NCBI GenBank assembly: GCA_041671565.1
Contig: JBAZBH010000001.1
Span: 7,552 to 71,551 of the forward strand
DNA from: Patescibacteria group bacterium
Lineage (GTDB): Bacteria > Patescibacteriota > Patescibacteriia > JACRDY01
Length of the DNA: 64,000 nt
Direction of reading: 5' to 3'
Shown: positions 1 through 9,297 of the stretch, piece after piece
How positions within the stretch are numbered: position 1 is the first letter of the stretch
How the letters are laid out: every line of letters begins with the position of its first letter
Notes under the pieces: model-generated
Told to the model about the DNA's origin: nothing
Databases searched by the model: none
Seen by the model: the letters and a program-made list of their open reading frames with translations, nothing else
Position numbers and translations under genes: made by a program

Positions 1-18
1 TCTTTTGAGAAAACGCCA

Positions 19-1293
19 GTGGCCGAAAAGTCGGAAAATTCCGAAGAAAACGGAATGACTAGAAGAAAATTTTTAAGTTACTTGGGGGCAGGAGCTGCGG
101 GCACTGCGGCCGAATTATTTGGTTTTAAAATCTTTAAAAAAACTGGCGAAATAGACTGGGATTTTTTTTCAGAAATAAATATTAAAAAAGAAAGGGGACC
201 TAACAAACAATTAATCACTGTGGGAATAGAAATAGCTAATCGAGTCGAGCAAATCATTAAAAGAGGTAATAAGATTGAGGAAGAACTGCAGAGCGCCGAC
301 TCGGAAGAAAAAAATAAGCTCGAGCAAGAAAAAAAATCTCTCAACCGAGCCTTTGACGGCTTACCCACTCAAAGAGTAGGTGATATATCAAGGGCAAATC
401 TTCAAGAAGCCAACGAATTTGCTGAAAAAATTATCGCTGACGAAAAGGTCTTGGACAACTTTAGTTTTTTCAAGCTTTTCATTAAAGATTATCTGGGTGA
501 CGGTGTATGCAATTTGGTTTATGAACATAATAATGCCGCCGCTTATCTGGAAATCGGCAAGATGGACCGGGAAGAATTAAAAACTAGATTAACGCGATTA
601 AAAGAGTTTCTCGACTCCCAAAAAACAAAATATATCCTCCAAGAGGATATTCTCTATTGCCTATTAGATCCAAACTTTAACCCCGAGCTAGATCACAAAA
701 GGGTAGCCAAGCTTTTGGATAGCAAATCGCCTGAATGGAAAGAATACCCCGCCAATCTTTTACTTAACAAAAATGGGGTGAATGACGAAGAGTATTATTT
801 TACTCGCTATAAAACAAATAATCATCTTGAGGCTTTTGATATAATTGAACTAAATAAAATTGCCGGCCTCTTGCTTAAAATAAAAAATCCCAGTTTTATT
901 AAAAGTGTTTTTGCTAATCGAGACAAAGACTACGAGGCTTATGGCGAATTTGGCGGGGCAATTGCTATTCCTAAAAAGATTACTGAGTTGATTGACATCC
1001 CGGCCGAAGAGACCGTTTCAGACTCCAGCTATGTTGTTCCGGCTAAAAGAACCGCAATTGAGCCGGCTAGTCTAGCCGTTTATCACTTTCATGCTCAAAA
1101 AATAAAGGATAACACTTTAGGTCCAAGTGTCGGCGATAGCGGTTCGCCAATACCCCAGCTAGTCTTTAGCTCGTTCGATAAAGACAAAATTGCGGTTCAC
1201 TTTTATGTTTCCCGGCGAAATAGTAAATTTACCTTGAGTGGCCCCAAATTTCAGGAAATGTCGGTTATTTGCTTGGGAGTATTGGAAAGATAA
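19..1293 (+). CDS. Hypothetical secreted protein with a twin-arginine-like N-terminal signal (TRRKFLSYLGAGAAGTAA). The start may be GTG at 19 or ATG at 55.
   Basis: A long ORF. The N-terminus has an S/T-R-R-x-F-L motif followed by an Ala/Gly-rich hydrophobic stretch. No recognisable catalytic motifs. Confidence 0.5.
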   Translation: MAEKSENSEENGMTRRKFLSYLGAGAAGTAAELFGFKIFKKTGEIDWDFFSEINIKKERGPNKQLITVGIEIANRVEQIIKRGNKIEEELQSADSEEKNKLEQEKKSLNRAFDGLPTQRVGDISRANLQEANEFAEKIIADEKVLDNFSFFKLFIKDYLGDGVCNLVYEHNNAAAYLEIGKMDREELKTRLTRLKEFLDSQKTKYILQEDILYCLLDPNFNPELDHKRVAKLLDSKSPEWKEYPANLLLNKNGVNDEEYYFTRYKTNNHLEAFDIIELNKIAGLLLKIKNPSFIKSVFANRDKDYEAYGEFGGAIAIPKKITELIDIPAEETVSDSSYVVPAKRTAIEPASLAVYHFHAQKIKDNTLGPSVGDSGSPIPQLVFSSFDKDKIAVHFYVSRRNSKFTLSGPKFQEMSVICLGVLER

Positions 1294-1307
1294 AAAAATA
1301 TAAAATT

Positions 1308-1342
1308 AAAAACCGCCTCGTACTAGCGAGATGGTTTTTTAA
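1308..1342. terminator. Imperfect hairpin plus T-run between the convergent ORF1 and fmt genes. Likely a bidirectional terminator.
   Basis: The sequence aaaaccgcctcgtactagcgagatggtttttt lies in the 60-bp convergent gap. Confidence 0.4.
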
Positions 1343-1354
1343 AATCATCAAAAT

Positions 1355-2239
1355 TTAATTCTCAATCGGCAAAGGTTCGTTGCCGTTAAGGTAATCGGAG
1401 TAGCGCATCGGTTCTTTGCCCTCGGGCTGGACCCAGTCAATGATCAGATTGGCGGTTTCGATATGGGCGCGGAGAACTTTGACCCGCTTGCCGGTGGCGT
1501 CGGTCCAGGCGCCGGGCCAAGGGTAACAGGCGCGAATTTGCGAGTAGATTTCAATTGGGGTTTTCTTCCAGTCGATTTCGCCGTCCGCCTTGGTAAACAT
1601 TTTAGTATAAGTTGCCAGTGTATCGTCTTGCGCTTGCGGCGCGATCCGGCCAGCTAAGTAATCAGGCAAAATCTGCGAGAAGAGCGCGGCGCCTTCACAA
1701 GCAAGATTATTGCCTAGGCTTTGGCTGTCGTCGTCATCGAGAATTTCAAACGATTTTTGCGCCACAATCGGGCCGTGGTCTACTTCCGCGTCAAGTTTGA
1801 TAATGCTCACGCCGGTTTTCGCCTCGCCGTTCAGGAGGGCGGTTTGAACTGGCGCCGGGCCGCGGTATGCCGGCAGGAGCGAAGGGTGGAGGTTCAAGCA
1901 GCCAAAACGGGAGAGATTTAAAAATTCTTCCGGCAAAATTTTCCCGTAAGCGACCAGCACCATCAAATCCGGGGCCAGTTTTTTTATCTCGGCGATTGCT
2001 TCGGCGTTAATTTTAGCAAATTGAAAAATCGGCAGTTTTTTCTCCAAAGCCGCAACTTTAACCGGCGAGGGAATGAGTTTATTACCCCGGCCGGAAGCTT
2101 TGTCAACTTGGGTCACTACGCCAACCACCTGGTAGCCGTCGGCCACTAAGCGGAGCAGTGTCGGCAGGGCAAACTCCGGCGTGCCTAGAAACAAAATTTT
2201 AATTTCTGAGTTTTCCATACTGATTACATTGTTATTCAC
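1355..2239 (-). CDS. fmt: Methionyl-tRNA formyltransferase
   Basis: The N-terminal formyltransferase fold is present (ILFLGTPEFA, HPSLLPAYRG, SLLP..RG). A C-terminal Fmt domain follows. It sits adjacent to def, as in the canonical def-fmt pair. Confidence 0.9.
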   Translation of the reverse strand: MNNNVISMENSEIKILFLGTPEFALPTLLRLVADGYQVVGVVTQVDKASGRGNKLIPSPVKVAALEKKLPIFQFAKINAEAIAEIKKLAPDLMVLVAYGKILPEEFLNLSRFGCLNLHPSLLPAYRGPAPVQTALLNGEAKTGVSIIKLDAEVDHGPIVAQKSFEILDDDDSQSLGNNLACEGAALFSQILPDYLAGRIAPQAQDDTLATYTKMFTKADGEIDWKKTPIEIYSQIRACYPWPGAWTDATGKRVKVLRAHIETANLIIDWVQPEGKEPMRYSDYLNGNEPLPIEN

Positions 2240-2267
2240 TAATAATTCATTGTGAGTTTATACCAGC

Positions 2268-2367
2268 CAGCTGGAGGCGATGCGAATCTGCGAATTACAT
2301 GCGAATCTACGAATGGAATTAGCACAATTCGTAGCATTCGTATGTAATTCGTAGCATTCGCATCGCG
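2268..2367. repeat. Copy A1 of the palindromic cgaat/attcg intergenic element family (a full copy: left arm, spacer, right arm).
   Basis: ggaggcgatgcgaatctgcgaattacatgcgaatctacgaat ... attcgtagcattcgtatgtaattcgtagcattcgcatcgcg. The arms are reverse complements. Related copies occur at 5649, 7936, 44380, 51134 and 53470. Confidence 0.8.
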
Positions 2368-2368
2368 T

Positions 2369-2812
2369 TTATTTTATCATCCGATCAATAAAAAGTATGC
2401 CGTTGAGATGGTCAATTTCGTGCTGTAGTACCCGCGCCAGCAAGCCTTTAGCGCGCAGGTTTTTTCGTTTGCCGCTCGGCTCTTGGTAGGTTAACAAAAG
2501 CTGGCGCGCCCGTTTAACCAGGCCATAAACTCCCGGCACCGAAAGGCAACCTTCTTCGCCAACTTCCTGCCGGATTGATTTCCAAAGAATCTGCGGATTA
2601 ACAAATGGCATCGGGCCGCCATCCACTTCCACAATCATCAGCCGCACGCTTTCGGCCACTTGCGGCGCGGCGATGCCGATACCTTGGTCGGTTTTCATGA
2701 TTTTAGCTAAATCCAAAATAAACCGCTGAAATTTCGGTTCAGCCAGTTTAGTTAAACTGATTTTTTTTGCCCGCAGGCGAAGCCGTGGGTCGGGTAAGGT
2801 GATAACTTTCAT
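2369..2812 (-). CDS. def: Peptide deformylase
   Basis: All three PDF motifs are present: GIGIAAPQV, EGCLSVPG and HEIDHLNG. Confidence 0.9.
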   Translation of the reverse strand: MKVITLPDPRLRLRAKKISLTKLAEPKFQRFILDLAKIMKTDQGIGIAAPQVAESVRLMIVEVDGGPMPFVNPQILWKSIRQEVGEEGCLSVPGVYGLVKRARQLLLTYQEPSGKRKNLRAKGLLARVLQHEIDHLNGILFIDRMIK

Positions 2813-2895
2813 AGATTAAGTCCAAAGTCCACAGTCCGGAGAAGCTCTGATCTGATTAGTTAAAAACTCACTCTGGACTTCGGACTCATGACTAT

Positions 2896-4776
2896 TTAAA
2901 TCAAATCTTCAGGGTCAATATCGATCAGCCAATCTTCGGGCACGATTTCCAGGAGACGGCCAATCGGCCCCGTGGCTTTAATAATTATAACAAAGCGAAA
3001 TTGGCTCCTGACCCGGCTAACAAAAGCCGGTTGGGGCTCGTTGATTTGAGCTGGTATTTTAGCCTCTCTTTGTAGATTTGTCAATAGCCGATACAACTCC
3101 AGGGCTGATTTTTCCGCTAATTTTTGGCTCGGCGACTGAAAAATCAAGCGGGCGAGCCGGCCATAGGGCGGATAATTTAATTCGCGGCGAGTTTCCAGTT
3201 CATCGCGATAAAACTCCTCGTCTTTTTTGGCAATAAATTTTTGGATCACCGCTTGGTCGGGATTGTAGGTTTGGAGGTAAAATTCGCCTAGTCCGCTCCG
3301 GTCCGCCGCCAGCTCAAACTTTTTTAATAATTGCCAGAGCCGCTCGCCGGACCGAAAGCCCGGCAGATAGAATAGATTGTCAACAAAAAGCAGGCCGATC
3401 GCGCCGACTGCCGGCCAATCAACCAGATTCAAAAGGCGATCAGTACCAAAGTAAATATCAGCGCCGGCCAGCTGCTTGCCAGTAATTTTTTTGAAATCAA
3501 CATCTGAGTCCAGCCGTAAAATTTTAGCGCCGGGCCAAATCGCCGGTAATTCTTTTTCCAGTTTTTCGGTGCCGGAGCCGGAAAATTTAAAACTAGTGCC
3601 GCGGCAATTGGGGCAGGCGGCCGGCAAGGGCGACTGTAAATTGCAATGATGACATTTTAAGAAACCGCCTTGATGCAAGGGCAGCGGCAAGAGGCAATGC
3701 GGGCAATTAAACACAAAACCGCATTCGCCGCAAACTACCGCTCGGGCCAGCCCGCGCTGATTAAGATACAACACCGCTTTTTGTTTTTTTTGTTTGGCGC
3801 TAAGAAGCGCGGCGTTTAACCTCCCTGAAAGCGGAGAATAATTGCCGCCTTGCCGTTCGGTTTTTAGATCAACCGTCACGGTTTTGACTTGGTTTTTTGG
3901 TTCTTTAATCAACTGGCCAGCGCCAACCGTAGTTTGATAGTAGGTTTCCACGCGCGGCGAGGGCGAAGCGAAAATTATCTTGGCGCCAAAAATCTCGGCA
4001 AGCTTTTCGGCGGCGGCGCGGGCGTCATAGCGGGGATTCTGGTCCCATTGTTTATAACTGGACTCATGCTCGGCGGTGACAATAATTAATTTTAACTGCT
4101 TGAATGGCAAGCCGATCGCCGAACGGGTGCCAACTACTACCCTCGCTTCACCCAATAAAATCCGGCGCCAGGCGGCCGCGTACTGATTTTTATTCAACTC
4201 GCTGTGAACCACGGCTGTTTGCTCGCGCCTGGCCGGCGAGAGCAGCCGACCGAGAGCCGGCAGGTCGGCGATTTCCGGCGCCAAGATTAATATCTGCCCG
4301 GCCGTTGCCTTTATCGCCGAGAATAAAAAATTATTTAAATAATTATTGGTGGTAAAAAGTAGCAGATTCCGCGCCGCCAATTTTGGCGTTAAAATTTTGG
4401 CGGCGGTAAATTTGTCCCAATTAACTTTAAAATCTTTAACCGCCACTTGTCGCTTGGGCATTTTTGGCATCATGGACTTGATCACCAGCGGCAGGGCAGT
4501 GGCGTAATAATCCGTCAACCAGTCGGCAAGACTAAATTGTTCCGGCGTAAACAGCGCTTCCGGATCGGCGATTTTCTGGAGCGGCTTGATATATTTGGGA
4601 TTAAAATCAGACTTCTCCTTAACTTCTTTAATCACGGCTTGAATTTTCTTGCCGCGAAAGGGCGCCTCCACCACCTGCCCAACTCTAACAAAACCCTCTA
4701 AGGCAGAGGGTACGGAGTAGGTAAAAAGGCTTAATTTTTTGGGCAACCGCAGGAGGGGAATAAGATCAACAAACAT
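2896..4776 (-). CDS. priA: Primosomal protein N' (PriA) homolog. The Cys4 zinc-binding region is intact, but the helicase Walker A and B motifs are degenerate.
   Basis: The Zn-binding cluster CGECGFVFNCPHC...CHHC...CPNCRG is typical of PriA, as is the overall length and domain order. The expected GxGKT position reads TTNNYLNN. The DEEH position reads TAEHE. Confidence 0.8.
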   Translation of the reverse strand: MFVDLIPLLRLPKKLSLFTYSVPSALEGFVRVGQVVEAPFRGKKIQAVIKEVKEKSDFNPKYIKPLQKIADPEALFTPEQFSLADWLTDYYATALPLVIKSMMPKMPKRQVAVKDFKVNWDKFTAAKILTPKLAARNLLLFTTNNYLNNFLFSAIKATAGQILILAPEIADLPALGRLLSPARREQTAVVHSELNKNQYAAAWRRILLGEARVVVGTRSAIGLPFKQLKLIIVTAEHESSYKQWDQNPRYDARAAAEKLAEIFGAKIIFASPSPRVETYYQTTVGAGQLIKEPKNQVKTVTVDLKTERQGGNYSPLSGRLNAALLSAKQKKQKAVLYLNQRGLARAVVCGECGFVFNCPHCLLPLPLHQGGFLKCHHCNLQSPLPAACPNCRGTSFKFSGSGTEKLEKELPAIWPGAKILRLDSDVDFKKITGKQLAGADIYFGTDRLLNLVDWPAVGAIGLLFVDNLFYLPGFRSGERLWQLLKKFELAADRSGLGEFYLQTYNPDQAVIQKFIAKKDEEFYRDELETRRELNYPPYGRLARLIFQSPSQKLAEKSALELYRLLTNLQREAKIPAQINEPQPAFVSRVRSQFRFVIIIKATGPIGRLLEIVPEDWLIDIDPEDLI

Positions 4777-4785
4777 AACGACAGT

Positions 4786-5577
4786 TTATTTTAACTTGAA
4801 GTTGGCGACCAGATAGCCGACGCCAAACGGCCCTTCGTAGCTCAAAATCTCGGTTTGGTAATTTACCTTCCGGATCACGCCGAGGAGAATCAAGAGCGAC
4901 CGCAAACCGCATTCACCGGCTTCTTCAATCAGCTTCGGGTCGAGCGCCATAATCCCGTCAACATCTTTATTCCTGAGTAATTCAATCAGTTTGGTGTCAA
5001 ACTCTTTACCCCGCGCCGAGTAGCCGGCCGGTGCCTCTTTGGTCAGGCGGTGTGACAGGTCGCCGGAAGCGATAATGCCGATCCGCTCGTTGGTTTCAAA
5101 AATCTGATTTTTCAGAATCTCGCCAAATTTCAGGTGACTCGGATAATCAAGCAGGGAATAACTAAGTGGCACAATTTTTATCTGCGGCAAATGCTGGCAG
5201 AGATAATACAGCGGCACCGTCACGCCGTGGTCCAGATTGGGCTCGGAAGTAATGGTCAGCGGCATCTCCGCGCCGACGCTCATTTTCAGTTCTTCGGCAA
5301 AACGCAAATTGGGCCGGAACTCCAAGCTCGTGCCAAAATCGCCGAACTGACCGAAGTCGCTCTGGTATTTGTCGGACAAGTTAATCAAAAAAGAATCGAG
5401 TAGCACCACGCCGTGCGGGGAGATAACTATAATGGTATCCGGCTTGGCGGCGTAAAGCTCTTGCTCCAGCTGGCCGAGCGCTTTCGCAGTCGCGTCAATT
5501 TTTTTTAAGCTCGCTTGGCCGATATTCGGAATCAAAATCGGCGCGTGCGGCGTCATGGCGGCAAAGACTAGAGACAT
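4786..5577 (-). CDS. LigB/Memo-like class III extradiol dioxygenase family protein
   Basis: Family-like motifs are MTPHAPIL, ISPHGVV, LDHGVTVPL and SGDLSHRL. The specific function is unknown. Confidence 0.45.
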   Translation of the reverse strand: MSLVFAAMTPHAPILIPNIGQASLKKIDATAKALGQLEQELYAAKPDTIIVISPHGVVLLDSFLINLSDKYQSDFGQFGDFGTSLEFRPNLRFAEELKMSVGAEMPLTITSEPNLDHGVTVPLYYLCQHLPQIKIVPLSYSLLDYPSHLKFGEILKNQIFETNERIGIIASGDLSHRLTKEAPAGYSARGKEFDTKLIELLRNKDVDGIMALDPKLIEEAGECGLRSLLILLGVIRKVNYQTEILSYEGPFGVGYLVANFKLK

Positions 5578-5648
5578 ATGGTTTATGGCTAATTAGGCTG
5601 ATTAAAATAATTCTTTTAATAATCCACCTTGGTCAAGTTAACCACCTG

Positions 5649-5754
5649 GCTGGAAGCGATGCGAATACTACGAATTACATGCGAATCTACGAATGCGTTA
5701 ACTTTATTCGTAGCATTTGTAGCATTCGCATGTCATTCGTAGATTAGCATCGCG
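5649..5754. repeat. Copy A2 of the cgaat/attcg palindromic element (full copy).
   Basis: ctggctggaagcgatgcgaatactacgaattacatgcgaatctacgaat ... attcgtagcatttgtagcattcgcatgtcattcgtagattagcatcgcg. Confidence 0.8.
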
Positions 5755-5824
5755 TTTAAGCCAGACGGCCAAAAGAAATCTCGTGAATATTAGTAAAAAA
5801 TGATTGGCAGGACCAAAAATGAGC

Positions 5825-7285
5825 CTAAAGCGCGGTTAGAGTTTCACCGAGTGGGTGCAAAACCACCACTTTATACGCCGTAGAAACGATATTGGCCCAT
5901 TTATACCCGAGGCCGATAAAAGTCGCTTCATCCGGTATCCAGCGAAGTTTGCCGTTGGAAACAGCGTAGACTTCCGGCCATTCATTGGATTTGATCAGCG
6001 TGCCGTCTTTGAAAGTCACCGGCGCGACAGTCTCGTAGCCCTCTAATTCTTTGGGGGTTAATTTAATCAGTTTGCGGCCGGGATAATTGACCTGCATCAA
6101 TTCTTTGGACCAAATCGGCGCCTTCTTGCCGTCTTTGACAAAGAAAATGCCGCCGCTGGTGGTGTCTTGAGCCAAAATGCCTTGCGGATAGATACTGTTC
6201 TCAGTAATCGGATCACCTTCGAGAAAGTTATCGAGATCAGCCTCACCCACATCCTCCACTTCCTCCGGGTTCCAGCCGATTTTTTTGAAAACCGCCTGCG
6301 ACATGATCGGCCGCTTCTCGTCATCCACAATTAAATAAATTTGCCCACGCGGCGACCGCACCAGAGAATAATTGGCTAAGGAAATCGGCCAGCCCAAAGG
6401 ATAGAGGTCGAGATCAGACTGGCTGATTGGAATAATTTTCTTCTCGTCAAAGCGAGTGGCGAGCGCGCTTTTGGATTTAATCGGCCGGCGCGTGCCGTAT
6501 TGGATATACCAAACATCGGTTTGGCCTTTAACCTGGACTAGCGAACCGTCGGGATAGGGGAGAATCGGGATATACTGCCCGTCGCCGAACCAACTAGACC
6601 AAATGCTGACAAAATTGCGGTTGCCGTTGAGGTGCGGGGTGTAAACATACATCGCCGCCGTGGCCGTGTTTTCCGGCGTCACGGTGGTGTCGTCAATGTT
6701 GTAAGTCTTGCCAGGCTGAATATTAAAGTCGGCGATATTTGCTTTGCCACTCACCGGATCTTTGCCGAGATAATATTGGAATTGCGCCGCGGCGCTGTTA
6801 ATTTGTTTGTAAAAGCCTTTCCAAGGCTGAATCTTCGGGTCGCTGAGCGTACTGCCGTCGCGCACCATGTAGCCGGTCGCCCAGTCAAACCTTTTTGGCT
6901 CCGGCGCCGGATGGGTGACCAGGCTTTGTTCTTTTTGGACTAAGGCGAGAAGAAACGCCGGCGAAATACCCCAGCGAACAGCCACCTCATAAAACGCTTG
7001 CGCGGCAGTCACCGTCACCTCCGGTATTTGATTGCCATTCGGGTCTTTGCCGCTAGACAAACAAGTGTAAGTGGCAAGGGTGCTCTTTTGCCTTTCCAGA
7101 AATTGTTGAATCTCGCTTTGATTCATTGCCCGATAATTCAAAATATCCTGCTCGCTGATGAGATTATTGGGGTTAAAATCAGCGGCGCTGGCAAAATAAG
7201 CGGGGATTAATCCGCAAATTAAGCCTAAAATAACCAACAAAAATAGCCAATTGTTTTGGGCTTTATATTTTTTTATTTTTATCAT
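5825..7285 (-). CDS. Secreted hypothetical protein with an N-terminal signal peptide or membrane anchor.
   Basis: The N-terminus has a K-rich region followed by a hydrophobic helix (NNWLFLLVILGLICGLIPAYFASAA). A 486-aa ORF with no recognisable catalytic motif. Confidence 0.5.
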   Translation of the reverse strand: MIKIKKYKAQNNWLFLLVILGLICGLIPAYFASAADFNPNNLISEQDILNYRAMNQSEIQQFLERQKSTLATYTCLSSGKDPNGNQIPEVTVTAAQAFYEVAVRWGISPAFLLALVQKEQSLVTHPAPEPKRFDWATGYMVRDGSTLSDPKIQPWKGFYKQINSAAAQFQYYLGKDPVSGKANIADFNIQPGKTYNIDDTTVTPENTATAAMYVYTPHLNGNRNFVSIWSSWFGDGQYIPILPYPDGSLVQVKGQTDVWYIQYGTRRPIKSKSALATRFDEKKIIPISQSDLDLYPLGWPISLANYSLVRSPRGQIYLIVDDEKRPIMSQAVFKKIGWNPEEVEDVGEADLDNFLEGDPITENSIYPQGILAQDTTSGGIFFVKDGKKAPIWSKELMQVNYPGRKLIKLTPKELEGYETVAPVTFKDGTLIKSNEWPEVYAVSNGKLRWIPDEATFIGLGYKWANIVSTAYKVVVLHPLGETLTAL

Positions 7286-7345
7286 AGATTAATTTCATTT
7301 TAGCAAATTTAGGAACCTTTGACAAACTTAAATAGCATTACCGTG

Positions 7346-7487
7346 TTGTAGGGGCGGACCCGCGTGTCCGCCCTAAACGGATATACTTCCGACCATAACA
7401 AATTTATTACCGTTCATGGATTTATGTTCTGAATAAACAGACGGGTTTGAACAAACCCCAGGGCGGACACGCGGGTCCGCCCCTACA
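7346..7487. repeat. GC-rich inverted repeat. Two 28-bp arms, each itself a near-palindrome, are separated by about 85 bp.
   Basis: tgtaggggcggacccgcgtgtccgccct ... agggcggacacgcgggtccgcccctaca. The direct repeat ccgttcatg occurs twice. Confidence 0.7.
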
Positions 7488-7565
7488 ACCCGTTCATGTA
7501 TTAACCCCCTTGACATTTACCTTATTTTGGACAATTATATAGTTAACCAACCCAAGGAGGCTTTC

Positions 7566-7841
7566 ATGAAAACCCAAAAACCGCCCCGCAAGGTTCACGG
7601 CCGCAAGACCCGTCTGGGCAAGTCATTTGCCTATTTGATGTCCATTTTGATCTTCATTTTGGCCGCGGCTTTTACCTGGCAGATCGGCCAAAGCCGCGAA
7701 AAACCGCTGATTTTCGCCCTTTATACGCTTTTGGCGGTCGCGGGAATGATCGGCATGGTCTGGCTGATTCGCCACATTGTCGACCACATGGACCGTTTTA
7801 TTGCCACGCCGACCATCGAGAAGGTTGAATCACCAAATTAA
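7566..7841 (+). CDS. Small membrane protein (two predicted TM helices).
   Basis: AGGAGG sits 7 nt upstream of the ATG at 7566. Two hydrophobic helices are present. The longer upstream ORF start at 7527 lacks an RBS. Confidence 0.5.
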   Translation: MKTQKPPRKVHGRKTRLGKSFAYLMSILIFILAAAFTWQIGQSREKPLIFALYTLLAVAGMIGMVWLIRHIVDHMDRFIATPTIEKVESPN

Positions 7842-7935
7842 TTCAACCCCATCCACCAATCACACTCGTCCGCCAAGCCTTCTTGGCGGATTGTTTTTTA
7901 CCCCAAATTAGAGTAAAATTTAGATATTATTAACC

Positions 7936-7983
7936 TTATTCGTAATTCGTAGTATTCGCATGAATTCGTAGATTAGCATCGCT
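7936..7983. repeat. Copy A3 (right-arm half copy) of the cgaat/attcg element.
   Basis: ttattcgtaattcgtagtattcgcatgaattcgtagattagcatcgc matches the right arm of A2. Confidence 0.7.
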
Positions 7984-7986
7984 TTT

Positions 7987-8709
7987 ATGAAAATTCTTGG
8001 CGTCCGCGTGGACAACTATAATCTAGACGAAACGCTCAATCTGGTTAAAGGTTATCTAACTGACAACCGCCAACACCTGATCGCCACGGTTAATCCAGAG
8101 ATGGTGGTGCTCGCGCAAAAAGACTTAACTTTCCGGGAAGTGCTCAATGCCACTGACCTGAATCTACCTGACGGTTTTGGCGTGATTTTAGCCTCTTGGT
8201 TTCTCGGCGATAAGCTAAAAGAGCGCATCACCGGCGTGGATTTTGTCTGGCAAATTTGCGCCCTGGCGGAAAAACTGGATAAATCCGTTTATCTTCTGGG
8301 TGGGCAAGTCAAAGTCGGGGAGGCGGCCGCCGCCAAAATCAGCAAAAACTTTCCCCGGTTGAAAATCTTTTCCGGCGGCAATGACTGCCAGCCGACTGAT
8401 CCGGCAATTATCCAAGATCTGTCAGCCAAAAAACCGCACATCATCTTGGCGGCGTTTGGCCACGGCCGACAAGAAAAGTGGCTGGCCGAGAATCTACCGC
8501 GCTTGCCATTCGTGGATATCGGCCTCGGCGTCGGCGGCGCCTTTGACTTCATTGCCGGCAAAATCAAGCGCGCGCCAAAGTTCCTGCGGCAACTGGGCCT
8601 GGAATGGCTCTGGCGGCTAATCTTACAGCCTTGGCGCTGGCAGAGAATCCTGACCGCGACGGGGAGATTTAGTTGGTTGGTGGTAAAGGCGAGGTTTTTG
8701 AACAATTAA
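7987..8709 (+). CDS. WecB/TagA/CpsF-family glycosyltransferase
   Basis: Family-typical motifs are TVNPEM and PDG.G. The length is about 240 aa. Confidence 0.75.
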   Translation: MKILGVRVDNYNLDETLNLVKGYLTDNRQHLIATVNPEMVVLAQKDLTFREVLNATDLNLPDGFGVILASWFLGDKLKERITGVDFVWQICALAEKLDKSVYLLGGQVKVGEAAAAKISKNFPRLKIFSGGNDCQPTDPAIIQDLSAKKPHIILAAFGHGRQEKWLAENLPRLPFVDIGLGVGGAFDFIAGKIKRAPKFLRQLGLEWLWRLILQPWRWQRILTATGRFSWLVVKARFLNN

Positions 8710-8903
8710 AGGCTTTATGAAAAAAATAAATACACCGAAAAAGTACTTTCACTCGTCATTGGAGCAATAATATCAGTAGGTGTATTACTCTTATTAAATA
8801 ACATAATTCCTCAAATCAGCGGCAGGGTATAGTAAAATATCATTTAACGCGAGGTAGTTGATTTAAGAACCACCGTTTGACCAAAGCAGTTGTTTAATTT
8901 AAG

Positions 8904-9296
8904 GTGAATATTTATATGGAAACATCCGCAGAATTTATTCGACGAAAAAAAAGTGCTTTTTCTAAAGGAGAGGATAAATTCGTTAATGTAAAAGACATAG
9001 GAAGAAAAGGTAAGCATTATTTCGAAAAAGAAGCTATTACATTAATGCCTCAATATAATTTAAATAATAAAGTATTTATTATAGAAAGGCTTAAAAGAAT
9101 TAAAATAGAAGGCGATAGTGAGCATAAATTACTAAAAAATGGGGACATAGAATATAGAATTTGTTACTTTATAGTTGGAAAAATTGGCAAAGCCAAAAAT
9201 AAATGGTGGTGGGGGCAGTCCTGTCCGTTAATACCTGCTAAAGATTTAAAAAAATTAATCCAAAAAGCAGAAAACGAGGGCACTATTTTAGTTTAA
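8904..9296 (+). CDS. Hypothetical protein, AT-rich. First gene of a two-gene orphan cassette.
   Basis: A putative promoter (TTGACC, 17 bp spacer, TAAGGT) and an AAGGTGA RBS precede it. Its composition is visibly more AT-rich than the flanking genes. No recognisable motifs. Confidence 0.5.
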   Translation: MNIYMETSAEFIRRKKSAFSKGEDKFVNVKDIGRKGKHYFEKEAITLMPQYNLNNKVFIIERLKRIKIEGDSEHKLLKNGDIEYRICYFIVGKIGKAKNKWWWGQSCPLIPAKDLKKLIQKAENEGTILV

Positions 9297-9297
9297 A

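Noticed and set aside
78-580. Short ORFs from the track that lie antisense to or inside well-supported genes. Examples: 78..368 -, 380..580 +, 1463..1921 +, 3889..4701 +, 10377..10613 -, 11028..11531 -, 35530..36057 +, 39606..40441 +, 50030..50989 +.
   Set aside because: They lie in alternative frames of genes whose protein motifs identify them confidently (fmt, priA, gltX, frr, mreB). They have low-complexity Arg/Ser/Ala-rich translations typical of shadow ORFs in GC-richer genes, and no RBS.
8710-8903. 17-codon ORF (MKKINTPKKYFHSSLEQ) upstream of the AT-rich cassette.
   Set aside because: Too short and without an RBS. More likely part of the cassette's promoter region.
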